Assembly: GCA_900544905.1 (NCBI GenBank)
Contig: UQXF01000001.1
Location: 19,504-83,503, forward strand
Direction of reading: 5' to 3'
Source of the DNA: an uncultured Clostridium sp.
Lineage (GTDB): Bacteria; Bacillota; Clostridia; Lachnospirales; Lachnospiraceae
Length of the DNA stretch: 64,000 nt
A program made the position numbers and the translations under genes. This document shows, piece by piece, positions 51,382-61,411 of this stretch (position 1 is its first letter; each line of letters begins with the position of its first letter). The notes beneath the pieces are model-generated. The model was not told the origin of the DNA, made no database searches, and was given only the letters and a program-made list of their open reading frames with translations.

Positions 51382-51954
51382 ATGGAAAAAAACCAGGACC
51401 GCCGTATTCGTAAAACAAAGCTTGCCCTAAAAAATGGCTTATTGGAATTGATGTCCCAGAAAAATTTGAAAGAAATTTCTATCCGGGAATTAACAGAAAA
51501 GGTAGATTTAAACAGAGGAACCCTTTACCTGCACTATAAAGATATTTTTGATTTGTTAGAGGAAATCGAGGAAGAATCCTTTACAGAATTCCGAAAAATT
51601 GTAAGTTCCTACCCTACCGGAAGCCTGAACGGCAACCCATTTCCACTTCTGAAAGATATTTTTACTTTTATAAAAGAAAACGCTCCCCTGGTCACAGTCA
51701 TGCTGGGCTCCACCGGCGACCCGGCATTTGTAAACCGTTTAAAGAAACTAATCTGGGAAAGCTGTTTTGAGCACTGGCAGTTTCCGTTAAACAAAAATAA
51801 AACAAAGGAGCTTCAATATTTCTACAACTATACGCTGGGAGGCTGTATCGGAATCATTGAAACCTGGTTACAGAACAATTTAAAGGATACACCAGAAGAA
51901 CTGGCAGGCCTGACAAAGAATATTATAATGAATGGTGTGGCGGTATTAAAATAA
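51382..51954 (+). CDS. TetR/AcrR-family transcriptional regulator
   Basis: Its N-terminal HTH is IRKTKLALKNGLLELMSQKNLKEISIRELTEKVDLNRGTLYLHYKD. Confidence 0.8.
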   Translation: MEKNQDRRIRKTKLALKNGLLELMSQKNLKEISIRELTEKVDLNRGTLYLHYKDIFDLLEEIEEESFTEFRKIVSSYPTGSLNGNPFPLLKDIFTFIKENAPLVTVMLGSTGDPAFVNRLKKLIWESCFEHWQFPLNKNKTKELQYFYNYTLGGCIGIIETWLQNNLKDTPEELAGLTKNIIMNGVAVLK

Positions 51955-52006
51955 CACCGCCACACCTGTTCCATATTTATTTGATAACCGGAAAATTACG
52001 GGAAGC

Positions 52007-53383
52007 TTATTCATTTTCAACCGCCGTTTCTTCAAAATGCAGAAAATATTTCCGATAGGTTACAATAAACAAAACCACCGCCAATGCCGCCGCAAGATAA
52101 TCTGTTACCGGCTGCGCCAAAGCCACCAGCCTTGCAGAATCAAAAATCCGGGTAAACAGAAACAGAATCGGCATATACAAAAGTCCCTGCCTGCTGATAG
52201 AAAGAATCAGGGATGGCACTGCGGCACCGGTAGACTGGATGGCGTTAATCATCACAAATAAAATTCCGATAACCGGTCCCGACAATATATAAATTCTTGA
52301 AAACTGCATTCCATAGGTAAAAGCGTCCGCATTGTCCAAAAATGCCGTGACAAGAGGCCCGGCAAAGCAGTAACAGATTACCGTCATAACCAGGCTGAGC
52401 CCAAATGCCAGACATAAGGAAAATTTAAGCACTGCCATATACCGCTTTTTATTCCTGGCTCCAAAGCAGAAGCCTAATAACGGCTGGATGCCGGTTCCGA
52501 GACCAATCAGCAGCATAACCACAATCATATTTACCTTCATGGCAACTCCAAGACCAGCCACAGCCATATCCCCATAGCCTGCCATAACCTTATTGATGAG
52601 AATATTGGAAACACTCATCAAAATACTATTAAGGGATGCCGGAATCCCAATCGCCATTACTCCGGTTGCAATCCGCTCGGAAGCCTTGTAATCCTTTAAT
52701 TTGATGGACAGCATACTCCGCCTGGATACCAGATGGCTGATATAAAATACCGCCGAAAATACATTTCCAATTACCGTTGCCACAGCGGCACCTGCCACAT
52801 TCCATCCAAAGCCCAGAATCATAACCGGGTCTAACACGATATTCATCAGATTTCCAATAATCATGCCGCTCATGGCAGTCTTGGCACGTCCTTCGGAACG
52901 GATAATGTTGCTAAAGGCATTGCTGACAATCAGAAACGGAATTCCCAATGCCACAATATTTAAATACTGCGCCGCATACTCTATCGTATCATCACTGGCA
53001 CCCACCAGCCTGCAAAGCGGTTCCACAAAAATCCAAATCAACACCATGGCAATCACACCAATGGTAAGTCCGGTCCAGAAACAGAAGGAGGAGGTTTTCC
53101 TTGCCTTATCCTCCCTTCCCTCTCCCAGCATTCTGGAAATCAGTGAAGTACCGCCAATTCCAAATAACATTCCCACCGCCATAAAGATTAAAAATACCGG
53201 CGTTGCGATGGACACCGCCGCCACCATATATGCATTTTTTGTCTGTCCTATAAAAAAGGTATCTGCCAGATTATACAGCAGTACCATAATCATACTGATA
53301 ATGGACGGAACAATGTTGCTGATAACCGCCTTTGGCACCGGCGCATTCTGAAAAATCTCTATTGTCTTATCCTTCTTATCCAT
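52007..53383 (-). CDS. MATE-family efflux transporter
   Basis: It has twelve predicted transmembrane segments with MATE motifs. The start was trimmed to MDKKDK, where GAGGAA sits 8 nt upstream of the ATG at 53383. Confidence 0.85.
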   Translation of the reverse strand: MDKKDKTIEIFQNAPVPKAVISNIVPSIISMIMVLLYNLADTFFIGQTKNAYMVAAVSIATPVFLIFMAVGMLFGIGGTSLISRMLGEGREDKARKTSSFCFWTGLTIGVIAMVLIWIFVEPLCRLVGASDDTIEYAAQYLNIVALGIPFLIVSNAFSNIIRSEGRAKTAMSGMIIGNLMNIVLDPVMILGFGWNVAGAAVATVIGNVFSAVFYISHLVSRRSMLSIKLKDYKASERIATGVMAIGIPASLNSILMSVSNILINKVMAGYGDMAVAGLGVAMKVNMIVVMLLIGLGTGIQPLLGFCFGARNKKRYMAVLKFSLCLAFGLSLVMTVICYCFAGPLVTAFLDNADAFTYGMQFSRIYILSGPVIGILFVMINAIQSTGAAVPSLILSISRQGLLYMPILFLFTRIFDSARLVALAQPVTDYLAAALAVVLFIVTYRKYFLHFEETAVENE

Positions 53384-53490
53384 ATCTAGTTCCTCTCTTC
53401 CCTTTGTCACAACTCAGCTGCACATTTTTTCAATATTTCCTGCTTCATAACCCCGCCTGCCATACACTATACACCGCTTTGAAATATCAT

Positions 53491-55425
53491 TTATGCTGTC
53501 TTTCCCGTATACAGCTGGTAATATTTTCCCTTCTGCTCAAGCAGCTCCTCATGGGTACCTTTTTCAATAATCCTGCCATGCTCCAGAACAATGATGCAGT
53601 CACTGTTCCGGACGGTGGACAATCTATGGGCAATCACAAAGGTGGTTCTTCCCTCCATCAGTTTATCCATACCGTCCTGTACCAGACGCTCGGTACGGGT
53701 ATCAATGGAGGAGGTCGCCTCATCCAAAATCAGCGCCGGAGGATTGGCAATGGCAGCCCTGGCAATGGCAAGAAGCTGTCTCTGTCCCTGGCTTAAGTTT
53801 GCCCCGTCTCCGGTCAGCACTGTATCGTAGCCCTGTGGCAGATGCTTGATAAAATTATGGGCATTGGCAAGCTTGGCTGCTGCCACCACCTCCTCATCTG
53901 TCGCATCCAGATTGCCGTAACGGATATTCTCCCTTACCGTATCGGTAAACAAATGGGTATCCTGCAGTACAATTCCCAGAGAATGGCGTAAATCCGCCTT
54001 TTTAATCTTATTTACATTGATTCCGTCATAACGGATTTTTCCATCCTGTATGTCATAGAACCGGTTAATCAGGTTTGTAATCGTAGTCTTACCTGCTCCG
54101 GTGGAGCCCACAAAGGCAATCTTCTGTCCCGGTTTTGCATAGAGCCGCACATCATGTAACACCATTTTGCTGTCGTCATATCCAAAATCCACTCCGTCAA
54201 ATACAATGCCTCCCTGAAGCGGCTCATAGGTCACGCTTCCGTCTGCCTGATGCTCATGCTTCCATGCCCATTTACCGGTATATTTCTTATCACTTTCCGT
54301 CAGTTCTCCGTTCTTTTCTTCCGCTACCACCAGCTTCACATAACCGTCATCTACCTCCGGCTCCTCGTCCAGTAAACGGAACACCCGGTCTGCACCGGCA
54401 AGTGCCATGACAATAGAATTCAACTGCATGCTAATCTGGTTGATTGGCATATTAAAGCTCTTATTAAAGGACAGGAAGCTGGCAAGGGTTCCAAGGGTTA
54501 AGCCGCCAATTCCCGATAAAGCCATCAAGCCGCCTACAATGGTACATACCACATAGCTAAGATTTCCGAGCTGGGCATTAATCGGACCTAATATATTGGC
54601 AAATTTGTTTGCCTGATAGGCGCTTTCAAATAACTGGTCATTTAACACATTAAAATCCTTAATACTTTCTTCCTCATGACAGAATACCTTAACCACCTTC
54701 TGTCCGGACATCATTTCTTCAATATAACCATTCACAGCACCAATATCCTTTTGCTGCTCCATGAAATATTTTCCGGACTTGCCGGATACTTTCCTGGTGA
54801 CTACCAGCATAATACCAACCATAACCATTGTAACTGCGGTCAGTGGAATGTTTAACCGAATCATGCAGACCAGCACCGTTATAATCGTAATTCCACTGTT
54901 TAACAGCTGGGGCATACTCTGGGAAATAACCTGCCTCAAAGTGTCTACGTCATTGGTATATACCGACATGATATCTCCATGGGCATGGGTATCAAAATAT
55001 TTGATTGGCAGTCCCTCCATATGGGTAAACAGCTCATTTCTTAAATTTCTCAGGGTGCCCTGGGTAACATTTACCATAAGCCGGTTATAAAGCCATGACG
55101 CAAACACACCTAATGCATAGAAGCCTGCCACTCTTCCAATTGCTCCTGCAAGACCGGAAAAATCCGGATTCTCACTGCCTAACAGCGGTGTAATATAACC
55201 GTCAATCAATGTCTGCATAAACATGGTTCCCTGGGCATTGCAGATTACACTTAAAAAGATACAGATTACCACGGTAATAATGTGAAACTTATAATATTTC
55301 ATAATATAGCCGCCTAAGCGGCCTAAAACCTTACCGGGATTTTTTACTGCCGGCTTCTGTCCTCTTGGGACTCCTCCGCCCGGTCCTTTAACCGGCTTTC
55401 CCTGCATATTACTATTTTCTCCCAT
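53491..55425 (-). CDS. ABC exporter, fused permease/ATPase (half-transporter)
   Basis: It has a six-TM ABC_membrane domain plus a nucleotide-binding domain with Walker A (GSTGAGKTT), signature LSQGQRQ and Walker B (LILDEATS). It pairs with the upstream paralog. Confidence 0.85.
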   Translation of the reverse strand: MGENSNMQGKPVKGPGGGVPRGQKPAVKNPGKVLGRLGGYIMKYYKFHIITVVICIFLSVICNAQGTMFMQTLIDGYITPLLGSENPDFSGLAGAIGRVAGFYALGVFASWLYNRLMVNVTQGTLRNLRNELFTHMEGLPIKYFDTHAHGDIMSVYTNDVDTLRQVISQSMPQLLNSGITIITVLVCMIRLNIPLTAVTMVMVGIMLVVTRKVSGKSGKYFMEQQKDIGAVNGYIEEMMSGQKVVKVFCHEEESIKDFNVLNDQLFESAYQANKFANILGPINAQLGNLSYVVCTIVGGLMALSGIGGLTLGTLASFLSFNKSFNMPINQISMQLNSIVMALAGADRVFRLLDEEPEVDDGYVKLVVAEEKNGELTESDKKYTGKWAWKHEHQADGSVTYEPLQGGIVFDGVDFGYDDSKMVLHDVRLYAKPGQKIAFVGSTGAGKTTITNLINRFYDIQDGKIRYDGINVNKIKKADLRHSLGIVLQDTHLFTDTVRENIRYGNLDATDEEVVAAAKLANAHNFIKHLPQGYDTVLTGDGANLSQGQRQLLAIARAAIANPPALILDEATSSIDTRTERLVQDGMDKLMEGRTTFVIAHRLSTVRNSDCIIVLEHGRIIEKGTHEELLEQKGKYYQLYTGKTA

Positions 55426-57191
55426 CAGGCAGCACCTCCTTCATCGAAGTCACCATTTCCACTGGTCTGGGACTCATAAATATCCTTATAAATTTCGTTA
55501 TTTGCAAGTAATTCCTCATGGGTACCAAATCCGTTCACCTCGCCGTCCTCCATGACAAGAATACGGTCTGCATGCTCCACACTGGATATTCTCTGGGCAA
55601 TGATAATCTTTGTGGTGCCCGGAATTTCCTCCTTAAATGCCTTTCGGATTCTCGCATCCGTGGCAGTATCCACGGCACTGGTGGAATCATCCAGTATCAG
55701 TATCTTCGGCTTTTTCAGTAACGCTCTTGCGATACAGATTCTCTGCTTCTGCCCGCCGGATACATTGGTTCCCCCCTGTTCTATATAAGTGTCGTAGCCA
55801 TCCGGAAAGCTCTCGATGAAATCATCTGCACAGGCAAGCTTACAGGCATGAATACACTCCTCTCTTGAGGCATTCTGGTCTCCCCATCTTAAGTTATCCA
55901 AAATGGTTCCGGAGAACAGTACATTTTTCTGTAATACTACTGCCACCTGATTCCGAAGCGTCTCCAAATCATAGGAGCGGACATCCTTGCCCCCTACCTT
56001 AACGCAGCCCTCTGATACATCATAGATACGGCTTATCAGATTTGCCAGCGAGGTCTTGGAGCTGCCCGTACCTCCGATAATTCCAATCGTCTCACCGGAA
56101 TGAATCTCTAAATTAATATCCTTAAGCACCCATTCCTCTGCATTTTCATGATAACTGAAATTCACATGCTCAAAGGAAATGCTGCCATCCGTCACCTCCA
56201 TATCCGGCTGTTCCGGATTGTTCAGCGTACTCTTCTCATTTAATACCTCTGCGATACGCTTTGCACTGGCAGTACTCATGGAAATCATGACAAATACCAT
56301 GGAAAGCATCATCAAGCTCATTAAAATATTCATGCAATAGGTAAACAAACTCATCAATTCGCCGGTAGCAAGCTCCGAGCTCACAATCATTTTTGCACCC
56401 ATCCAGGAAATCAACAGGATACAGGTATACACCGTCGCCATCATAACCGGAGAATTTAAAGCCGTAATTGATTCTGCCTTTACAAACATGTTATAGAGGC
56501 TGTTACTTGCCTTTGTAAAACGCGCTCTCTCATAATCCTCCCTCACAAATGCCTTTACTACACGGATAGCGGACACATTTTCCTGTACGCTCTCATTTAA
56601 GTCATCATACTTCGGAAAAACCTGGTTAAAATACCTGGTTGCAAAATAGATAATCAGCGCTAAAATGCACCCAAGAATCAGTACCGCTGCAAGATAAATA
56701 GACGCCAGCCTTGCACTGATAAAAAAGGACATACACATGGCACAAATCATACTGAAAAGAGCCCGGATACACATACGCAATATCATCTGGTATGCGTTTT
56801 GAATATTCGTTACATCCGTGGTCATACGGGTTACCAGACCTGCCGTTGAAAACTTGTCAATATTGGCAAAGGAAAAGGTCTGGATATTCTCATACATTCC
56901 TTTTCTTAAATTTCTGGCAAATCCTGCCGAAGCACGGGCGCCATACTTACCGCCTAAAATTCCGGCTGTCAGGCCGATGGCTGCGGCAATCACCATATAA
57001 AATCCCATTTTATAAATATGGTTAATATCTCCCGCTTCCACACCATCATCGATGATAGACGCCATCATCAACGGAATAATCATTTCCATTATGACCTCTA
57101 AAACCATGAAGCATGGTGTAAGAATGGAATCCTTCCGAAATTCCTTTAGTTGTTTCATTAATGTTTTTAGCATGCTGTCACTCCTTTTCAA
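55425..57191 (-). CDS. ABC exporter, fused permease/ATPase (half-transporter), the heterodimer partner
   Basis: It has a six-TM domain plus a nucleotide-binding domain (GGTGSSKTS, LSGGQKQR, ILDDSTSA). Its stop overlaps the start of the downstream paralog. Confidence 0.85.
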   Translation of the reverse strand: MKRSDSMLKTLMKQLKEFRKDSILTPCFMVLEVIMEMIIPLMMASIIDDGVEAGDINHIYKMGFYMVIAAAIGLTAGILGGKYGARASAGFARNLRKGMYENIQTFSFANIDKFSTAGLVTRMTTDVTNIQNAYQMILRMCIRALFSMICAMCMSFFISARLASIYLAAVLILGCILALIIYFATRYFNQVFPKYDDLNESVQENVSAIRVVKAFVREDYERARFTKASNSLYNMFVKAESITALNSPVMMATVYTCILLISWMGAKMIVSSELATGELMSLFTYCMNILMSLMMLSMVFVMISMSTASAKRIAEVLNEKSTLNNPEQPDMEVTDGSISFEHVNFSYHENAEEWVLKDINLEIHSGETIGIIGGTGSSKTSLANLISRIYDVSEGCVKVGGKDVRSYDLETLRNQVAVVLQKNVLFSGTILDNLRWGDQNASREECIHACKLACADDFIESFPDGYDTYIEQGGTNVSGGQKQRICIARALLKKPKILILDDSTSAVDTATDARIRKAFKEEIPGTTKIIIAQRISSVEHADRILVMEDGEVNGFGTHEELLANNEIYKDIYESQTSGNGDFDEGGAA

Positions 57192-57196
57192 CTACT

Positions 57197-57679
57197 CTAT
57201 TCTATGAGATTATCCTGCATTTTTTTAACAATTCTAAAAAACATCTCTATCTCATCCTCTGTCAGACCTTTGCAGACCTTTTTCTCCATCTCATCCCTTC
57301 CCTGTTCCATTTTGCGGGCATACTCTCTTCCCTTATCCGTAAGACATACCCTTTTCAGCCTTGCATCCCCTTTTACCGGCTGCCTGATGATAAAATCTTT
57401 TTCTTCCATCATTTTAAGGGTTCCGGCTATAGAGGATTTCCCTATCTTGAAATTCTTTTCGATATCCTTCTGAAAAATATCTTTTCCCTCATTATCCACC
57501 AGGTAACCTATTATCCATGCATTAATTACCGACATTCCTTCAAATCCGTTTTTCCGGATATTTGCCTCCATGTTCCTGCGAAACATATGGTCTAATGCCT
57601 TTAACTGATATCCAATCCGTTTGACATCCTGCGGCTTCCGGAAATCACCTGAACATTCACATTCATCTCTTTCTTTCAA
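57197..57679 (-). CDS. MarR-family transcriptional regulator
   Basis: The 160-aa product has a winged HTH (…ISVINAWIIGYLVDNEGKDIFQKDIEKNFKIGKSSIAGTLKMMEEKDFI…). It heads the ABC exporter operon. Confidence 0.75.
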   Translation of the reverse strand: MKERDECECSGDFRKPQDVKRIGYQLKALDHMFRRNMEANIRKNGFEGMSVINAWIIGYLVDNEGKDIFQKDIEKNFKIGKSSIAGTLKMMEEKDFIIRQPVKGDARLKRVCLTDKGREYARKMEQGRDEMEKKVCKGLTEDEIEMFFRIVKKMQDNLIE

Positions 57680-57870
57680 TCCATCATCTCCTTGTTTAAA
57701 ATGCCAACATTACTCTATCCGTGTCCGCCGTACCCTCGGCTCAACTGAAACGAAAAATGTTCGCCACCGAACAGTTTGCTCCCAAACTGTTCGGCAACGA
57801 ACATTATATTACGATTTCTTCACTATTTCAAGCAGAGTTTTTTTATTTCACAAAATTGTCATACTTTTAA

Positions 57871-58680
57871 CTATTCCAGATTCAAATGCCTCTTAAAAAT
57901 AAAATTTGTTATGGCAAACAGGGCGGCAAAGCCTGCTATTCCTATAACATCCAGCACACCAAATAGTCCGTTTAAGAAGGCGAAGCCGCTTATATCTGCC
58001 ACATACGGACTCGGAGAAACCGCCACTGCAGCACCTGCCACCAGCACAATTCCCACTATCAATACAATCTGTAATAAAATCATAAGAATGAAATAGCACC
58101 CAATAGACGCCAGTATTCTCCATTTGCCAAACAGCTGTCCAATAGCCATACATAAATATATCAGCAGCAGCGGCACAACAGACCAGAACAGTATTGCAGC
58201 CACAGCCAGAACAACAGTAATCAGATATTCCGGCTGAAATGCATCGGCTATATCCTGAAGCATCCATATCAGCTCGTCATCAATTAAACTATTTACCCAG
58301 TAGTTTCCTGCAAAGAAGATTGCAAGATACACATAAGTCACCACGGCTGCCAGAAGCTCCCATAGGCCGCCGCCAATAATTTTCGACCAGAGTATGGTAG
58401 AAGATTTTGCCGGCAGGGTCCATGTGAGATATCCACGGTCTCCTATCATGGTACTATAAAACCGTATAATAACCAATACCTGGGCTGCCACACCCACCAG
58501 CATAATCATGTAATAGTAACCATAAAAGCCAATTATCTGAATAATCTCCCTGATTTCCTCCCGGTACGGAAGCATACAGATTATTTTCATAAATATAGTA
58601 AAAACAAAGCCTGCCAAAAATACAATCCCCATGGAAAAACGATAGGATTTTAATTCATTTTTTACCAATTTTCCTAACAT
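57871..58680 (-). CDS. ABC-2-type transporter permease
   Basis: The 269-aa product has six predicted transmembrane segments and overlaps the upstream ATPase gene. Confidence 0.5.
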   Translation of the reverse strand: MLGKLVKNELKSYRFSMGIVFLAGFVFTIFMKIICMLPYREEIREIIQIIGFYGYYYMIMLVGVAAQVLVIIRFYSTMIGDRGYLTWTLPAKSSTILWSKIIGGGLWELLAAVVTYVYLAIFFAGNYWVNSLIDDELIWMLQDIADAFQPEYLITVVLAVAAILFWSVVPLLLIYLCMAIGQLFGKWRILASIGCYFILMILLQIVLIVGIVLVAGAAVAVSPSPYVADISGFAFLNGLFGVLDVIGIAGFAALFAITNFIFKRHLNLE

Positions 58681-59369
58681 CTGAACACCTCCCTGAATAC
58701 CTGGTCTAAGGATTTATCATAGGTCACACGGATATTGTCAACCGAATCATGACACACGATATTCCCCTGCTTAATCATAATAACATCATCTAAAATATTT
58801 TCTACATCGGATATCAGATGCGTGGAAATCAATATACTTCCCTGTGGGTTATAATTCGTTATGATTGTGTTCAATATGTAATCCCTTGCTGCAGGGTCTA
58901 CTCCGCCCATGGGCTCATCCAGCAGATATAAATCTGCCTTCCTGCTCATAACGAGAATTAGCTGCACCTTCTCCCTGGTTCCCTTTGACATGGTTTTCAG
59001 CTTATCCTCCGGATTAATTCCCATGTCTGCCAGCATCTGGTATGCCACATCCTTCTGAAAGTTAGCGTACATTTCTTCAAAAAAATCAAGTATGTCTCTT
59101 ACCTTTGTCCATTTGCTCAGATAGGTCCGTTCCGGCAGATACGCTACCATTGCCTTGGTCTCCGGTCCAATGGGCATTCCCTTGATTGTAACCGTTCCTG
59201 CCGTTGGTGTAAGCAGACCGGCACATATCTTAATAAATGTTGTTTTGCCGCTTCCGTTTGGTCCCAGCAGCCCGATAATTTTCCCCGGCTCTAAATTCAG
59301 ATTCACCTGGTTCAGTGCCAATGCCTTACTGTAGCGCTTTGTAAGTGCATTACATTCCACTAAGCTCAT
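58674..59369 (-). CDS. ABC transporter ATP-binding protein
   Basis: It has Walker A GPNGSGKTT and signature/Walker B motifs. It overlaps the GntR gene by 4 nt. Confidence 0.85.
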   Translation of the reverse strand: MSLVECNALTKRYSKALALNQVNLNLEPGKIIGLLGPNGSGKTTFIKICAGLLTPTAGTVTIKGMPIGPETKAMVAYLPERTYLSKWTKVRDILDFFEEMYANFQKDVAYQMLADMGINPEDKLKTMSKGTREKVQLILVMSRKADLYLLDEPMGGVDPAARDYILNTIITNYNPQGSILISTHLISDVENILDDVIMIKQGNIVCHDSVDNIRVTYDKSLDQVFREVFRC

Positions 59370-59734
59370 ATCTTTCCCTCCTCATAGTCTGACAGCATAC
59401 CTATCATGCCGCTTTTCTCATAGCCTAATGCTTTCATTTCTTCATAAAAGGTTTTTACATGAAAGGAAGCAAATTCCTTCTTTGTCTCCTCAATTAACGC
59501 CACATCCTCTGTAATATATCTTCCTGTGGTGCGAACTGCAAACACGAGACTCTGACGCTCTAACTCCGACAATGCCTTCTGCATTGTATTGGGATTCACT
59601 CTTGCTTCCTGTGCCAGCTCCCTCACCGGCAAAAGCTTTTCTCCCGGCTTATAATAGCCAGATACAATTCTTCGCTTTAATTCTTCCAGCAACTGTGTAT
59701 AAATCGGTCTGTCCGATTTCAATTCCCAATTCAT
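59366..59734 (-). CDS. GntR-family (YtrA-like) transcriptional regulator
   Basis: The 122-aa product has an N-terminal wHTH (KLLPVRELAQEARVNPNTMQKALSELE). It is the first gene of a GntR-ABC operon. Confidence 0.8.
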   Translation of the reverse strand: MNWELKSDRPIYTQLLEELKRRIVSGYYKPGEKLLPVRELAQEARVNPNTMQKALSELERQSLVFAVRTTGRYITEDVALIEETKKEFASFHVKTFYEEMKALGYEKSGMIGMLSDYEEGKI

Positions 59735-59880
59735 TCAACTCCTCCTTTTTTGTATTATATATATAATACAATAGTACATCGACACAATTTTGTCAATACC
59801 AAATTTATCCATAGAAAAAGAATGTATTTCCCACCGAAAATACATTCCCTCTATACATATAAGCTGACCGCATTATTTTA

Positions 59881-60735
59881 TTACTCTTCCTCCGGGTTCT
59901 CCATATCCGAGGCCTTCCGAATCCGTACCTTTTTAATCATCCGGTCCTCCCATTCCAATGCCTCAAAGAGAAACCCCTGGTAAGCTATCTGAATACTGTC
60001 CTGCTCCTCCGGAAGTCTTCCGTATTCGTAAAGCATGAACCCATTTACCGTGTCAATATCTTCCTCTGGAAACCGGATGTCAAACAAATCCTCCAATTCT
60101 TCGAGCTCCGTGCTTCCCCTGACAATATAGCCATCCCCGGCTGCAAGCTTCATAATATCAATCTCTTCTTCGTCATGCTCATCCAGAATATCCCCCACAA
60201 TCACCTCTAAGATATCCTCCATGGCAACAATTCCCTCAGTCTGTCCATATTCATCCACTACAATTGCCATATGGTTCTTGCTTGCCTGCATGTCATTAAA
60301 CAATTTGCTGATTTTCTGGGTAGGATGGACGTAAAAGGGCTCACTTACCACCTTTCGCACATTCTGTCTTGCATCCTGCATATAAGCTGCCACTGCATCT
60401 TTTATATGTAAAATTCCAAGAATATTATCCACATCCTCCTCAAAAACCGGATATCTGGAATAATTATTTGCCAGCATAACCTCCAGTGCTTCCTGTATAT
60501 CCATGTCCGCCTCAATGCAGACCATCTTCTGCCTTGGGGTCATAACATCCCTTGCTTCCTTATCGCCAAATGCAAACACATTCGTAATCATTTCCGCCTC
60601 ATCCGGCTGGATTGCTCCCTGTTCATGGCCTTCCTCGATAATCGATAATATCTCTTCCTCTACTGCATCTGCCTGCTCTTCACTATTTTTTTTATTGAAA
60701 AATGCCTTAAGGTTACCGGGCCCATTGATTGCCAT
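59881..60735 (-). CDS. CBS-pair plus CorC_HlyC domain protein (CorC/HlyC-family magnesium/cobalt transporter-associated protein)
   Basis: It has tandem CBS domains and a C-terminal transporter-associated domain. The start was trimmed to the M at 60735, with AAGAGGGA upstream. Confidence 0.7.
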   Translation of the reverse strand: MAINGPGNLKAFFNKKNSEEQADAVEEEILSIIEEGHEQGAIQPDEAEMITNVFAFGDKEARDVMTPRQKMVCIEADMDIQEALEVMLANNYSRYPVFEEDVDNILGILHIKDAVAAYMQDARQNVRKVVSEPFYVHPTQKISKLFNDMQASKNHMAIVVDEYGQTEGIVAMEDILEVIVGDILDEHDEEEIDIMKLAAGDGYIVRGSTELEELEDLFDIRFPEEDIDTVNGFMLYEYGRLPEEQDSIQIAYQGFLFEALEWEDRMIKKVRIRKASDMENPEEE

Positions 60736-60885
60736 ATATTTAATTCCCTCTTTCCTTTCCCGTTTGTCTATGAAATATAACACTATTTTTTTCATTGGTC
60801 AACATTTTTTATAAATTATTCCAGGTTTTACTGTCTTTTAGTTACAATGCTGACGGCAGTGCAAGGCAGGTCGGCATTGTAATCT

Positions 60886-61227
60886 TTACAGGGACAAACT
60901 AATCTTTAATGCCTGGTTGACGTTTCCCATGATTTCATCATCCAGATGACATACCTTTTCCCGGAGGCGCTGTTTGTCAATTGTCCGCACCTGCTCCAAT
61001 AAAATCACAGAATCCTTTGCAATATTACAGCGGTTTGCCGCAAGCTCCACATGGGTTGGGATTTTAGCCTTATTCTGCCGGCTGGTAATAGCTGCACAAA
61101 TAACGGTAGAACTATAACGGTTTCCTGCTTCATTCTGTATAATCAGTACAGGTCTGACCCCGCCCTGCTCTGAACCCACAACGGGTCTTAAATCTGCATA
61201 ATAAATATCCCCTCTTGTTACAAGCAA
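60886..61227 (-). CDS. mazF: MazF/PemK-family endoribonuclease toxin (EndoA-like)
   Basis: The motif [45 protein letters not shown] is near-identical in pattern to B. subtilis EndoA. The TTG start at 61227 has AGGAGA 8 nt upstream. It lies directly downstream of alr, as with B. subtilis ndoA. Confidence 0.8.
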   Translation of the reverse strand: MLVTRGDIYYADLRPVVGSEQGGVRPVLIIQNEAGNRYSSTVICAAITSRQNKAKIPTHVELAANRCNIAKDSVILLEQVRTIDKQRLREKVCHLDDEIMGNVNQALKISLSL

Positions 61228-61411
61228 TGGTATCACTCTCCGTTTACAAATTCCTGATTTTCCATGTACACATTTTATATGTAATGTACCTGTCAAGTGT
61301 TTTCTGTCCTTCTCTTCTCATCAGGTATTCTAAGTATTACCATTGTATTCCAAGTCTATTCAGTTTGTGCGGTACATTATTGGATTTCCAGTCCGGGAAT
61401 TACTCTACGCC

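Noticed and set aside
60815-60860. A 9-bp stem hairpin (ttacaatgc ... gcattgtaa) with a 23-nt loop between corC and mazF
   Set aside because: There is no flanking T-run on either strand and the loop is too large for a terminator. There is no evidence for function, so it is left unannotated.
61228-61411. Searched the alr-mazF spacer for a MazE/EndoAI-type antitoxin gene
   Set aside because: Stops occur in all three frames, the longest ORF is 25 codons, and there is no RHH/AbrB-like sequence. It is reported as a finding (orphan toxin) rather than as a feature.
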